From Octopus bimaculoides (lineage: Eukaryota): a DNA stretch of 64,000 bases. The notes under the pieces were generated by a model. It was not told the origin of the DNA. It did not search any database and was given only the letters and a program-made list of their open reading frames with translations. Positions 1 through 14,225 of the stretch are shown here, in pieces. The translations under genes and the position numbers were made by a program. The stretch is from assembly GCF_001194135.2 (NCBI RefSeq), contig NC_068990.1:81761809-81825808 (forward strand), given 5' to 3'. Position 1 is the first letter of the stretch. Each line of letters opens with the position of its first letter.

Positions 1-720
1 TGCCAAACAAAATGCCCCCAGGCTAATACTGATATCAAATTTTCTCTGTCATTTCCAAAACTCAAGCTATTTACTTCTTTTTGTGCATCTCTTTTACCCT
101 TGTAACAGTTTATGATGATACCCCTACAATTCTGTTCTCTGTGTGTGACTAGCACATGATCTATCTTGTCATATATTTTTAGCATTTCTGTGACTGTGCC
201 TGATGGTCCAGGTGCTTTCCCTACCGTCATACCCTTTACCATACTGCTGTTAACTTGTATGGTTAATCCCTATACTTAGGTCCACATTAAATATGCCCTC
301 TTTATTCCTTGCAGTCTCTTCATTCAACAATCTCTCACAATAATATGTGTGTGCCTCTTTCTTTTCAGTATTATCAGTAAAGCAAATGCACGACTGTTGT
401 TCAGCATACATTTCTCATTAATGATGTTCCAATTTCCTTAGTAAACAATCTCGCAAACTAGAACACTTCTCACAGATTGCTTCTCTAGCTTGTTTCTTCT
501 CCAGCTACATGGTACTGACCTTTCATACCCTCTTTCTTTCTACTGTCCAGACCTGTTGATTTGTTCTTCTAGCTCATCATTGTTTCTTCTGTCTGGATGT
601 GGCCTATATCCAGCCCTCAATCTGATCTGTAGCCTTGTTGTTTTGTAAAAACTGCTAACTTACTTCTACTTTCTGTCATAAACATCAACTAGAACTTCTC
701 TGAATCTATGAGCTCTTTCA
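1..720 (-). mobile_element. Degraded RTE-clade LINE ORF2 fragment
   Basis: Reverse strand of about 181-242 reads MVKGMTVGKAPGPSGTVTEML, the GKAPGP motif preceding RTE reverse transcriptases. Surrounding frames are broken and the boundaries are approximate. Confidence 0.6.
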
Positions 721-2223
721 CTTTTTATGTTTTATTTTCCCAAATTGTCTTTTACTTTTGTGTCCATCTAACTCTTATTCAGAAGTCACTCTTTACTAAT
801 CTATATGGGGCAGTAATCTTTGATTTATATATATAAGACATGACCAAGTAGTTAAGAAGTGTGTTGTAGTCATGAAGTCCTGGTGGCAAATGTCTTTTGT
901 CATAATCTCGACTCAGCTCAAGTCTTGTGAGTGAAATTGGGTAGATGGAAATTGTGAAAGCTGTTGGATTAGCAATGCTTGTAATTGAAAGAGCCAACCT
1001 AGTCACACACTGTGTCTGGCTGAGAGATGCATAAAAGGTCTGAGTTGTCTTGGTGAAAACTGAAAGAAGACCATCAAACATATAGATGATTAATTTGCTG
1101 TTAATAATAAACAATTATTAACTTCCCAATCTCCATTTTCTTTTTCTTCTTTTATAAATATATATGTATGTATAATCATAAATATATATACACAAATACA
1201 CACAATAATACATTTGCTCAAAGAATTCCAGAATATTCTAGGTACAACCAATGCAACTGTTAATTTCCGTCATTGAATATCTTGGACTACATTGTCAAAT
1301 ATGCTTTCTTTTTTATGAAATGGATAGATTTGACTATTACTTCTTGCAGGTAGAAGCTCTAACCCTGTTAATGCTAATGAGTTCACATACAAATGTGAAG
1401 CAATTTATTGAAACAAACATTTCAATGTAGAAAAAGTGTATGGAACAAAAATGACATTCTAATTTGATTTTACTGCATATGATTCTGTATTTCATTGCTG
1501 CACAGAAATAATTTTTTTTATTTCTTTGAACTGTTTAATAATGTGCAGCAATTTTATTGCCTTCTTTTTTAGAGTACATATTTCATTTTTGTCTATTTTG
1601 TTACTGTTTGATTGATGTCTAAATTTTAATATTTACATTAAATATTAGAGATGGTGTTTTATGATGCATTGATATATATTATCTAGCTACAACTATTTAT
1701 CCATGGATTATGGAATAACTTGGGTTTATTAAAAAAGAAGGGGTTTCTTAATACCAGCTTCTACAGGCAAGCTGCTTGTAAATGTCTGTTCATGCTCTAT
1801 AGAACAGCCCTACCAACCAGATCCAAGACTGCCAATATACAAAATGAAATATTACATGTACTCAGCCATGATGCAGGTGATAAGTGTCAACACTATCAAG
1901 CAACTCCAAAGGATGCTAATGGATAAAGCTACCTAGCATCCTTTGCCACACGTTGGTTTGATAATATAACCACAGAGAACATTCTCAACTAGCCAACAGT
2001 AATTGTTTTTTAAAACTGTCATTCTTTTTAATTATAGAACAATAGCAGCAATCTGTCAAGTGATTGGTTGGGAGGGATTGAATATACATTTAGTACTCAA
2101 GGCCCTTTCGACTTGGCCTATGCTGCTGCATCAACAGTTTACTGGCCTAACATAGTTTTATCATATAATTTGTTAATTGCAGAGGGTGCATTGCTAATTA
2201 AGCAGTTGCTACATTAAACATGT

Positions 2224-2434
2224 TTAACCCTTTAGCATTTGAACCAGCCTTAACAGGCTCGAATACTCTGCCTGTTTTGTTTTCAAACCAGCCAAATCTG
2301 GCTTCATACGTCTACCTTACACATCATTGAAGTCTTAAATCTGCAAGATAATGCATGATTAATTCAGAACGATAGGGATATACGAATAGATAAGCACCAC
2401 TTTTCACTGAGTTATCTGTACGCTGAAAGGTTAG
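2224..2434. mobile_element. piggyBac-like MITE, family A (degenerate copy)
   Basis: Starts TTAA-CCCTTTAGC and ends GCTGAAAGG-TTAG. Internal sequence resembles 57482-57698. Confidence 0.6.
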
Positions 2435-3534
2435 ACAAATACTTGCTTTAAAAAAAATAAAATTGGAGGAATCCCATAGTAATGTTCGTCATGGGTAAAG
2501 GTTGCTAGCATTGTGCCCAAAATTAGGAACATTTTTATTATTGTTATTATTAAATGTAGTTACTAGTATTTATAAGCTCAGTCACAGAACTGAAGGTAAA
2601 CTATTTGGATTTGCTTGTGTTATATTACTTACAAAAACTTCTGTTTATTCCCTTCCAGCTCTGTGTTCAACTTAAATTAGATGTTGGGTAGTAAAAAAAA
2701 AAAAAGTGCTATAACATTAAGTAGGCATTGTAAGTGTTATGTGTCTGTTGTCTCAACCAGTTATGTGTATCTATCTGTTAATAGATTTGATAAAGTGGAG
2801 AAGGGTTTAAGGTAGTGTATTGTCTATGATAGAAGTTTGAACCTTAATTCTTCTGGCACCACGCATGGTTCATATCTTGTAGTTTGAGCAGAAATCTTTA
2901 AAATCGATAACTATATAAAAAAATAAATGTAAAATATTTTAGAATTTCTGGTTGTTTTCAGAATAGATAATGTGCAGCATTATTAATGATAGATTTAAAA
3001 TAAAAAGTACAACCTTTTGTTAAAATATCGAATGTGTTTTATTTGCTTAACAATATTGTTTTAATACCATAAAACAAAATAAAAGATTAAAGATTTGGGA
3101 TTAACAGTCAGGTTTTAGCTATTTTCTCGTGATATGAACATTATCCATAATTATTGACTTAGATGTTTTCTAGTACTTAATCTTATTTATAAATTTACAT
3201 AGGATAATGCATAATTAACGAGCTTTCTGTGTTCTTAGTGTATGCAGGTGTCTACTAATAATCCCTTAAGGAATGTGAGATTGTGATAGTTAGCAAATGA
3301 AGCCCCCTACTGACTCTTTTGTTCTTTTTATTAGTTACTGGAACTGTTATGACTGATTCATGATTGGATTCCTTTAATAATATTGTCATAACAATGCCAA
3401 CATTATGGTATTCTAGTTTTCCCTTTGAATAAGAAAGTAAAAAGAAAAAAAGTGATAATTGCTGAAGAATTGAAATGAAAATTTCTAACTACTTGAGTGT
3501 TGTCAGGGCAAAAAATATAAGTACTGGTTTTAGA

Positions 3535-3860
3535 GTTGTTTAGTCTCAGATCAGCTCTAATTGGGCAGGCCTATGCATGTACGAAACATTCAAGCTGTGA
3601 CAATCATCTAAACAATTTCCTAAATAAATTTATCTAAAATTCTTAGGGGAAGGGAAGAAGTCTGAAAAAGTAATAGATGGTAATTAAAACTAGTTGTTGT
3701 TGTTTAGTCTCAGGTTAAACCAGATCTAGCTGAGCTGTGATGAAAGGCTTGCCAACTATCTTCTTTATAAAGGCAGTGTACCTAGGAGTACATCATCCAG
3801 TGTTTCATATCTATTTTTAATGTGGTAAAGTCATGAATTTGAGGAAATTTTGCTTACATT
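3535..3860. repeat. Two partial copies of interspersed repeat family B
   Basis: gttgtttagtctcag...; shares segments with 10160, 39320, 51035 and 60120. Confidence 0.45.
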
Positions 3861-4030
3861 TCTAACAGGTTGACTGACCCCATTGTGACTTGTTTAAAAG
3901 GAGTTTACAAAGACTTGGAAATAGACTATATAGCAGACAGGCTGTGCACAGTATCTATTGTGTAAGTTATAAAGTAAAAGTAGGCCATAAATGTTGTGAA
4001 GTTTTAAAGGCTGAAAAACATTGGAGTATA

Positions 4031-4310
4031 TCATCATCATCATCATTTAACGTCCACTTTCCATGCTAGCATGGGTTGGACGATTTGACTGAGGACTGGT
4101 GAAACCAGATGGCTACACCAGGCTCCAATCTGGTTTGGCAGAGTTTCTACAGCTGGATGCCCTTCCTAACACCAACCACTCCGAGAGTGTAGTGGGTGCT
4201 TTTACGTGCCACCGGCACGAAGGCCAGTCAGGCGGTACTGGCAACGGCCACGCTCAAATGGTGTATTTTATGTGCCACCCGCACAAGAGCCAGTCCAGGG
4301 GCACTGGCAA
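4031..4310 (-). mobile_element. SINE or LINE 3' end with (GAT)n tail (RTE-tail family)
   Basis: (CAT)n then ttaacgtccactttccatgctagcatgggttgg...; near reverse complement of 32680-32905. Confidence 0.75.
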
Positions 4311-4561
4311 TCACTTTATATCCAGATGCACAGACCAAAGTAATGTGATGGTATACTTATTATATCAAGCTCATTGCTGTAATAAATATAAAGCATTGAT
4401 TATAGGTGTTAACTCTTAAGGTTCTTTCTTTTAACAGTGAACCGTACTTTGAAATTGACTTCTGAAATGTTACACCTTGGGACTCTTTACTGGTAGTCTT
4501 TCTCAGGAGTTAACAATGTAGTTTTATCTTTTGTATAAACAACATTATCAAAAAAAAAAAA

Positions 4562-4940
4562 ACTCTTTTATACTCTTTTACTTGTTTCAGTCATTTGACT
4601 GTGGCCATGCTGGAGCACCGCCTTTTAGCTGAGCTAATCGACCCCAGCACTTATTCCTTGTAAGCCTAGTACTTATTCTATCGGTCTCTTTTGCCGAACT
4701 GCTAAGTTACAGAGATGTAAACACACCAGCATCGGTCGTCAAGCGAAGTTAGGGGGACAAACACAGACACACACAAACACACATATATATATATATATAT
4801 ATGTATATATCTACAACGGGCTTCTTTCATTTTCCGTCTACCAAATCCACTCACAAGGCTTTGGTCAGCCCGAGGCTATAGTAGAAGACAATTGCCCAAG
4901 GAACCATGTGGTTGGTAAGCAAGCTACTTACCACACAGCC
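4562..4940 (-). mobile_element. tRNA-derived SINE family A with internal (CA)/(TA) microsatellite
   Basis: High similarity to 23895-24306 and, inverted, to 31530-32035. The tRNA-like head (ggctgtgtggtaagtagcttgc...) is on the minus strand and partly deleted here. Confidence 0.85.
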
Positions 4941-6889
4941 AAAAAAGTGTATTTTTTTTTTTTTTTAAGAAAAACTAGAAATGATTTTTTATGGTTTCCT
5001 CAGAAAGAGAAAGATAGTTATTTCAACCTTTCTCTCGGCTTGTTACAATTGTAAGAGGGAATTTTTAATCTGGCCTGTAGATCTGGCTCAAATGCTTGCA
5101 GCAGAGTAGGTTTTGCTGAAGACATAAGAATCAGGCTGTGGTGCAACAAATTTATATTGCTAAATACTAGGAATAGTCTTCTGCTAAGTTTCTCCCTACT
5201 AGAGTTCACTCATAAAGATTTGGCTGCCATGACGTTACAATAGGAAGCACTTATCCAAGGTTCTGTAGGATTGGATCAAAAATATAGTTGTTATAATTTT
5301 GAAGTATGGGGAAAATTACTTTATTTTATCATTTCTTCGCTTCTTAAATTGGTTTATCTTTGTGCTGTGGATTATCTTTGAGATCAAAACTTTTGCTACT
5401 ATTTATAATCTTATCTGTTAAAATATGTAAGATTACACGTTAAAAGTCATGAGAGAACTCTGAAACAACAAGAGAAGCATTCTTAATTAATAATAGTGAC
5501 CTTGCTTAACCCAGACTAAACATACTAAGTTAAAACAGTGATAAAAATCTCATTACATGAATGACAGTGTAATATATCAGTTGATCTATAAAAATATATA
5601 AAATGACAAGATATGTTACTAAACTTTTTACTGAACCATACCAAAATTTTGATTATATTGAAAATACATTAAAGCTTATTTACAAATTACTCATTTGAAA
5701 TATAGCCATGAAAGGGGTTAGTAATTCAGAATACTTCAAATGTTAAAAATAATCTAATTTTGAATACTGGAAAATGGTGCAAATATTTCCAATATGTAAA
5801 AGTTTATGTTTAAATATAAAAGTTTACCCAATTTTTTTTAAAGTTTATTATGTAATGATTTCTGAATGAGTATGTCATCTAGCTGTCACCATTCCATCCT
5901 TTTTTGGGGACTACATAATCTAATATATCTTCCCTTCTTTTTGGAGTTTTTTTGTGAAGGTAGTGGGGTGTTATTTGAGGGATATATGGCTGCTATTTTT
6001 GCCAGGCTGAATACCAGGCAGTATTTACTTTATTGGTTTGTTGTTTTGTTGGCATTTAGTTCCAAGTCAGCCTATGATTATAGTCATCGCAACTTTTTAG
6101 GGATGTGTAGAATTAAATTATTTGTGCTCTATCCTTGCATACGGCAGCAGGAGAATTTGTTGCTACTTATAGCAGTCAAGTGACCAGTATTATAAAGGCT
6201 GCTTTGTGCTAGGATCACTAGGTAAGCAAGATGGTGTCAATACATAAAAGATTCTATTATTTGCCAATTTGACACAGATAATTTGAGTTGTAACATGATA
6301 TAGTTAATTTGATCCATTGCTCCTCCAGTATAAGCTTACAAATTATGCAGTGAAATCTCTGTCTTATTTCACATTTAAGAACTTAGTGTTAAAAAATAAT
6401 TATCCCAAATCAAAATACTTGCACTAAGAACATGGTCTTTTCTGATGTTCAGTTATTATAGTAGACTTGTTAAAACATTGCACAATCTGCCTTACAATAT
6501 TTACCTGCTGAATTTATATCCTGCTGATGTCAACTTTTCTTTTCTTTCTTCTCTGGATCCACAAATTAAACAACTAGTTAGGAATTATTGCTACTTTTAA
6601 TAGTCTTTGCACTACCTTAAAACTTGAGTCTCTGTAGTATTTAAAATGATTGCTTATAATGTCATGCAAGTAATATATGTAAGACATCTGATCTTATCTT
6701 ATCACCATTGCTCATATCATGTTATTGTAATTTACATACCTTTCTTTTTTAAAATATGATAAATGATTAAAAATGGCTTTAGTTGCATTCCTTGTCATTC
6801 CTTTTACTACCAGCCTATCCTACGTATGCTACTTTGAAACAAAAATTCTTAGTATTACAATGACATGTAAAAACCTTTTTGTTAAGCCA

Positions 6890-7280
6890 TGTTCCAGATA
6901 TCAGCAGAATATACCTTTAAAGGATGTGACAACCTCTTTACAATCACTCTGGTTGCCAGAAATATGAGTCAAATTAAGTCTTCACTAATGTCCTACAGGG
7001 TTGTTGCTTTTTTCTTCTATGAGAGGGGTCTGGAAGAAAGAGTTGCGCATGTAACTTTCAGAAACCCAGTGAGGTCACTGTGACGGACATGATTACTACT
7101 TCTTCTGGATCTTGGCTGCTAAGAACATCAACCTCTGGAATCTTCTGCCTGCTCATGTCTTTTCTTTGTGTTATTGAATGGCAACTGCTTAAACAGAGCA
7201 TTTATGACATCGAACTCCCCAGTCTCAGAGAACCTATGAAGATCAGAGGTACTGCTGCTTCTTCCTGGCCCAGCAAATAA
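6890..7280 (+). mobile_element. Degraded CR1/Jockey-like LINE 3' end
   Basis: Fragments SLMSYRVVAFFFY and ILAAKNINLWNLLPAHVF resemble the C-terminal LSHRR..ASL.LFY and WNSLP motifs. Ends near aaataaa. Confidence 0.45.
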
Positions 7281-10159
7281 ACACGCACCACACACATTGT
7301 ATTTTGTTTAAAATAAGCTAATGAAACAGTTAAGTATTTTGTTTTAATTGTCTTACTTTGTTGTAAGATGTTTAAAATTACATTAAAAAAATCAAAATCT
7401 GAAGACTAATCTTGTTGGCTGTTCTAAACAATGTAGTTAACTGTGCTATAATTAGAAAGCTGGATAGTTAGCACAGGCAGGATCTAACAGAATCATTTGA
7501 CCAAACCTGGGTATTTGTTTTTTATTTTATTATGAATACTTCTAAACTAAGATCAATGGGATTTTTTTCAATGACGCAATCACATTCACTGAACTAATAT
7601 ATTCTAAACAGATTACTTTGAGGCTAACTAGCAATATCTCTGATTAATTAGAATCGAATGTATCAGAAGAGTCAAACGCCTGAAGCTCAGTTTCTGATTT
7701 TTCTCATACTCTCTTAATGGTATTAATGCATAAGATATTTTATATAGGAGGTAGATGAATGTGTTTCTTTCTTCTGTAATTAAAATGAGGTTTTTAAAAT
7801 GAGAGTAAATAAGCACTATCTTCCATTTCTATTGATAATTCAATGCCAAAGATAGGAGACTGTTAGAAAAGGAAGTGTCATCATTAGTTCCTTTGTTGGC
7901 AAGAAACAAAAGTCTTTTATCATATGGAAATTGACAGCAAAGGATTTTTAAGTAGAATTTTTTTTAGAGAAATAGCTGTAAATTGGGGTAAAAAAAAAAA
8001 TCAATTATATGGTCCAATATCATTTTAGAATTATCAATCTTGTAGTAAAACCAACCATAAATATCTTAATATGCATTGCTTAAGTTATTTAACATAAAAT
8101 ATTATTTTATAGTCTTTCCTACTAAAGTCAGCAGGTTAATATATTGTGATACTAATAGTCCTGTAGGCAGGCAGGCAGTATAAAAGATCTGATGGAGGCT
8201 TCATTTATAAAGCAAATGCTTTATTATTTTCTATGAATCAAATAGTTTTGCCTAAGATGTTAACGACTGATATCTTTATATTTCAAGGTATAATTTTCCA
8301 CCACATGTTACACCTTCAGGTTGTAGAACATGATTCTATTGAGATTTCACTTTTGTATTCATAAAGAAATTCAAAACGGAAATGCTGAGATTTTGCCACT
8401 GGTCATTATTTTAGATTATAGAGATGCTAAGGATGCTTAATCTTATTCTTATTGATGTTTAGTATTCTGCTATAAGGAATTATCCTTAATACCTTTGAAC
8501 ATAATACTTTATTCTATTGATAACAGTGTAAAAGTTAAGGAAATGGACAGAGGTAATGCGGTTTTGTATGCTGGTGATATCTCTAGTTGTAAATTACTTT
8601 ATCTAACTATTCACTAGAATATCCAAATAAAAAAAATTAGGAAAAAAAATTTCTTTGAAAATATGCTTTATAATTATAATCACTCTTGCTATCCTGAAAA
8701 TGAGAAAATAGGAAAGCTTGTTTTTTTTTTTTCTCTTTTGTAAACAGATATTTAAATCATAATGTTTGAAACAGACTGAAAAAGAGATTAAAAACTATTC
8801 TAAAGGTTGTATAAAAGACAGAAAAAAAAATAGTATAAATACTGTTTGTATTAATTTTTAACTCTAATTTTAATATCTGTTATAGTAACTCAGGTTACTT
8901 GAGGTAGTTTCATGTTAAACTCTGTATGATGATGGCAATAACTGGGAACAGTGACATTAGATTAGTTTGTGTTAACATATTTAATGTATGGTTGAGAAAT
9001 AGAGTGTGATGTAAGAAACAATATTTTCGATGATGTTATTTTCATGGTTCTATCAAATGCAGAAGATAAATCCTGACATGTTACTCTAAGTTTACCAAAC
9101 AAAGTGTAACCTCCACCGTACGTGTTTAAGTAGTGATGAAAATCCATTAAGTAAACAAAAACAAGTTTGCTGATGTAGGGAGACAAAATTGTTTGGAATA
9201 ATTTATTATAAAAAAACCCAAAAAAACCCCCCCACAAATTTGTATTGCTTAACACCAATTTGGGTATGTATATATATTTATATATATATTGTCCAACCCA
9301 TGCCAGCATGGAAAAGAGATGTTAAATGATGGTGATAATGAATACTGATGAATATTTAGTACCTTGTTTTCTATCTGTATGTGTCTAGTATCAAAAATGT
9401 TATCTCAATCTGCTCTTAATGTTATCTCTGTCAACACTTGAATGTTTATCTTACTTTTAAATAACAGCTACATCAGCTGTTTTGCTTACTCTTTTGACTA
9501 TGACTCACATACACCACCTGCAAGAATATTCTCAACATAAATATACACTTGACTAATCAAGTTACACGTTAAGCTCTTTACACTAATTTATATTAAACAA
9601 TTAATGCTTTGACGTTGCCAAGGTAATGAAGCATTATCAATGCGAGAAAAATGACTTGTTAAAATTAGAGTGCAAATTAATTGCTACATATGAATTGTAG
9701 AGCTTGCAATGAAATGATTAGATGAAATTTAGGAATTTTTTTTTTTTGTTCTCGCAAAACATTTAAAGAAAAGAGAAGCCCCTGGAGTGACTGATCAAAT
9801 CATGCTTGGAAAATTAACATAATTTATTACTGGTAAGGAGTACAGTAACATATAATATTTATTTTTCACTCTATTTCATGTGTATGAAATAGTGATAAAT
9901 CAATGTTTTATTTGCATTTATCTATTTACAAAAAAAGGTTTCCTAATTAATTTTTCTCTTTAAAAATAATCAGTGGTAATATTTAAAAAAAGAAATGAAG
10001 TTTCATATTGATTGACTTGTTGCCTGCAGAGCAATAAAGATTATCATGAATTATTTATTTATTCTATTTGTTTTTAAAATTTATATCTGATCTTTAGTGA
10101 AGGCTTTTTTTAATAAACATCCACACTTATATAATATTTAATTGATAATCACCAAGTTA

Positions 10160-10320
10160 AATTGTTGTTTAGCTCCAGGTTAATTGTAATTCTAATTGTA
10201 CATACCTGTGGTCAAAAGCATTCCATTGTTTTTTTAAGGCGTATATAAGACTACATTGTCCTTCATTTCCAACAGTAAGGTGTAATTTGAGGGAGATTTG
10301 GCTACTCTTCATAGGTAGTC
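10160..10320. repeat. Repeat family B copy
   Basis: Contains the family hallmark aaggtgtaatttgagggagatttggct. Confidence 0.55.
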
Positions 10321-11954
10321 TAACAACCACAAAATGACTATCTTGCCATATCAACCCTCATATGTTTCCTTATCAGATCTCAGTTCTTCATTACATAAGA
10401 TTTTGGTCTTGTAGAAATTTCTGTACATTGATAACCAGTGACACTGTAGATTCTGCTGAAGAAAATCAAAAGTCAGGTTTCACTCTTTAGGCTTGAAGGT
10501 GGATGACAAGTAATTTACTCATTGGTGACTGAGGTGAGGTCTTAAAAGATGGAAAGACTAATGTCAACACAAATGTACTGGGAAGCATTCTAATTATGTG
10601 AGTGACTATGTTGTGAAGACCACAAAGTACTCAGGTAGCTTGCTAGAAATATTAGATAACTTATTTCACTTTAATGACTTAATAAGTGCCAAAGCTGGAG
10701 ATGATGATTTAGATTCCTAAAGGATGAGATTACATTTGTAATGAAGGGTTTCTCTCTGTGCTCAGAAATAAAGGAGTGAGAAATTTCATGTTAGAGAAGT
10801 ATGGACAGCAAATGCAAAGTATTTAGTGATTTCAGTGAAACAATTTTTTATTAATTTCCCTGAAGAAGTGGATTCTTCTGAGATTAAAAAATGTGGATAA
10901 CTAGGTGAAATTGTAACATCAGTTAACACTCAATTTGAATTGCTTGAGAGAAGAAAGTTGGTGAGTTCTAAAGGAATTAACTCAACAGAAAAACTGAGAA
11001 GAGCTTCCAGTATTGAAAAATACTTACTGGTAATTTTTCTTCTCTTGTTTATGTTTTCATAGAAAGAGCAAGCTTCCCTCAATTAGCTACATTAGTCTTA
11101 AATTGAATTTAAAATATTTTTACCGATATGTATTTACTAGCTGATCCATAATGTCAGTATCAAATAATTGAATGATAGTAATATTGAAGTCATAGGAAAC
11201 CAAGGATATTAAGTTAGCTGAAAAAGTCAAATGATTGCTGGTTGAATGGATGAAGAATTTAATTATAATAGAAGGATTTCAAATAAGATAGAATGAACTT
11301 TAAAATAAATATATTTTAAAGCTATTAAAATAGCAAACAATTACGTAATTTGTGATCAGTATTGTAAGAAAAATAAAAGATGTTTTAATGAACAAATTAG
11401 TGGAGCTATTTAAAAACCGAGATTTGTTATTTAAATGAAGACAAGACAGCATGGTAGAAATGTGTTGATGTATAATTATATCATAGAAAACGAATTTACG
11501 TCTGTGTAATCACGTTATCTTGGCCATCTTCCCACTGATGTCATGACATCAAGGTTTTAAATAAAGTTGTTGCCATAGCTGATAAATTATTCAAGTATTG
11601 AGGTAACTCTTTGATATCAGGTGTAGAAAGAAATTATTTTAAGGAGTGTAGGACTTTAGACCACACTGTTAATATTTGCTCAAGTGACTGAACGTAAATT
11701 CTATTAATACCTATGTAGATTCTTTGTTTTAAATTTGGTAGCCATGGAACAATAAGAAAGAAGAAAACAGCCTGATATTTTCTCATAACTATCACTAATG
11801 TTTTATAGCCTGTTTGTGTGTTATAAGCTTTCTCAAAATAGGAAAATATTCATATGCAGTTGGTAAACATTAATCATTGTATAAATATGCACATAAACTA
11901 AAATATACCTGCAATATATACACGTTAAATCAAAGTGTCTAATGACGAATGTTC

Positions 11955-12183
11955 TTAACCCTTTTGATACTAACCCACCTGAGGCTACCACCATGTTTCT
12001 TTTATATAAACTGCTTGTTTAAAGTGTTGAAGAATTACATTAAAACCATCCGTTAATATTTTCTACCAGAACCTTTCTGTTTGTGTTATAAATGTTATCT
12101 TAATGCAATATTTAATTTATAAAGTTAATCGGTTGAAGCATAAACATCATATTTCTTTTGAGATATGATCACAGAAGGGTTAA
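11955..12183. mobile_element. piggyBac-like MITE, family B
   Basis: TTAA-CCCTT ... AAGGG-TTAA termini. Inverted relative to the related copy at 47712-47904. Confidence 0.65.
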
Positions 12184-14029
12184 GAAGGAAACGACCATTC
12201 TTTAGATAGTAAAATTATTATACTTTGGTATTAATTAGAAAGACTATAGAATTTCTCCTTAAAATAATGATGATGATGGCATTGTAGTAAGGAAACATCT
12301 GTCTTAAGTTTTTACTGTCCTGGTATATTTTGAAGGAAATGATTTTCAGTGAGCAAATTGAAGGAATGTTGTATTTTTTCTTAGTTCATTTGTTGTACTT
12401 AACTATTTGGTAGTAGTAACCTTTTCACATTTAATTATACTTAGATGACCTGGCTGAATGGAGCTACAAATGCAAATTATGATATGAACTATACATATTA
12501 ATTACATTGGGAAGCTAAAAAGAAGAGGGAAAATGAAAATATCAGACAAGGAAGTATTTGGGTCTTTTTGTCAAAAAGATATTAGGTCAGATAATTATAG
12601 GTAATTGTTGAGTTAGTGACAATCAGCAAAATACAGATATGGGTGACTTCAGCCTGGAAAGTATGACCTATTTTTCCTTTGTCGCTTTTGAAAAGATGTA
12701 TTTATCTTAAAAGAAAGTGAATATTAGGAGGCTTGGTAGTTTGTATAAAAATGTTGCAGAAAAAGCAAAGTTTGCTTTGATAAATAGACTATTTGCTTAC
12801 TGAAGCAGTCATCAACTTTTTTTTATCTTTCTTGATTATGAAAAATTTGAAAATGTTGCTTGTAATTAGCTGTTCAAGTTCCTAATTAAAACAATATATA
12901 CATACTAAAGGTAGAGGAAGAACTAACAGAAAGTTTTTCAAGGCTTGAATGAGATTTAAAAAAAAATGTTTTGTGCTTATATTTTCCTGTTTTCATGGTT
13001 GAGACATTTGTATGTGAATTAGGGTAAATTAGTTTTATGGTTTGATGGATGTACCTAGTTTTAATCACAAAGAAAGAATCATTGTGCTTTGTTAAAGGTT
13101 AAACACTCGATCAACTACAAAATTCTTTCAAAGGGATTTTTATAAGGTATCAACAGAAATAAACCATCACCTGACTGAACATTCCATCTGGACCTTATGT
13201 GCCTTTCACTGAGTCTGCTTTGAGCCCTTGAAAAATAATCATTGCTAAATAATAAAAACATTCACAAAACAAATTTCCTATCAGTTTTAAATTGGAAACC
13301 ACATGTTTACAACCTAAAACAGGACAACACACCTATGATAAAGAGAACATGATATTTCTATGTAGTAACTGAATGTTCTGGAAAATAGCTGTTAAATCTT
13401 CCTCAAACCATACCATAATTTTGTTGGACAGTGTAATTCTAGTTATACAAAAAATATGGAATGGTCATAGCAGGAATGTATTTTGATCATAGATATTGAT
13501 GAGCATCGGTGGATATTTAGATATAAAATCTCTTAGTTTGAATCTTGTGAGGGACCATGTACACATCTAGAAAAGAGATACCTAATGATGGCTGCAGGTT
13601 GAACTTAGTGAAATGAATGTTAATATGAATATTGAGTGTGTGTGTGTGTGTGTGAACGTGCGCACGCACACACACACAGTCATTTAGAAGTCTAATCAAA
13701 GCTCATAGGTAGGTGGGTTTTCAAAGCCAATGCAGGACAGTGCAAATTGAGAGAAAATATGAGTAGCTGATGGAGAAAAGGTAGACACCGTCTATTAGTA
13801 TATGAAAGAAATAATCAATAAATAGATACTGATCAGCTATTATTTAAAATATAATTATCTTTTGCAATAGACTCTTTGGCACAACATGATGCAAAGACAG
13901 CTCAATACAGAATTTGATCCTGATCCAGCGACATCAACTTCATAACAAACAATGATTGTGTTGCTGTAGCTTATTATCTGTGACTGGTCAATTTATTAAC
14001 TTAATCTTCACCATCCAAATAATACAAAG

Positions 14030-14225
14030 CTCAGTGGAGAAGGTTCTACATAATAGCACAACCTACTAGAAAGAGCAGCTAAATATCACTCATATCACTC
14101 CTTGCTGTCTTAAATACATAAAGTATACATTAAATAGTATAGGCCTTGATATTGTCTATGAAAAGATGGTATGGTCACGGTTGAAATGCCTTTGATCAAA
14201 AGTTTGTTTGTTATTGGTTTACTAA
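14030..14225. repeat. Repeat family B copy, inverted relative to the others
   Basis: ctactagaaagagcagctaaatatc...gaaatgcctttgatca is the reverse complement of family B segments. Confidence 0.45.

Noticed and set aside
4099-4419. 106-aa ORF
   Set aside because: Read-through of an RTE-tail SINE on its antisense strand.
13630-13680. (GT)n/(CA)n fold-back hairpins (also about 28015 and 37020)
   Set aside because: Expected by-product of abundant adjacent microsatellites.
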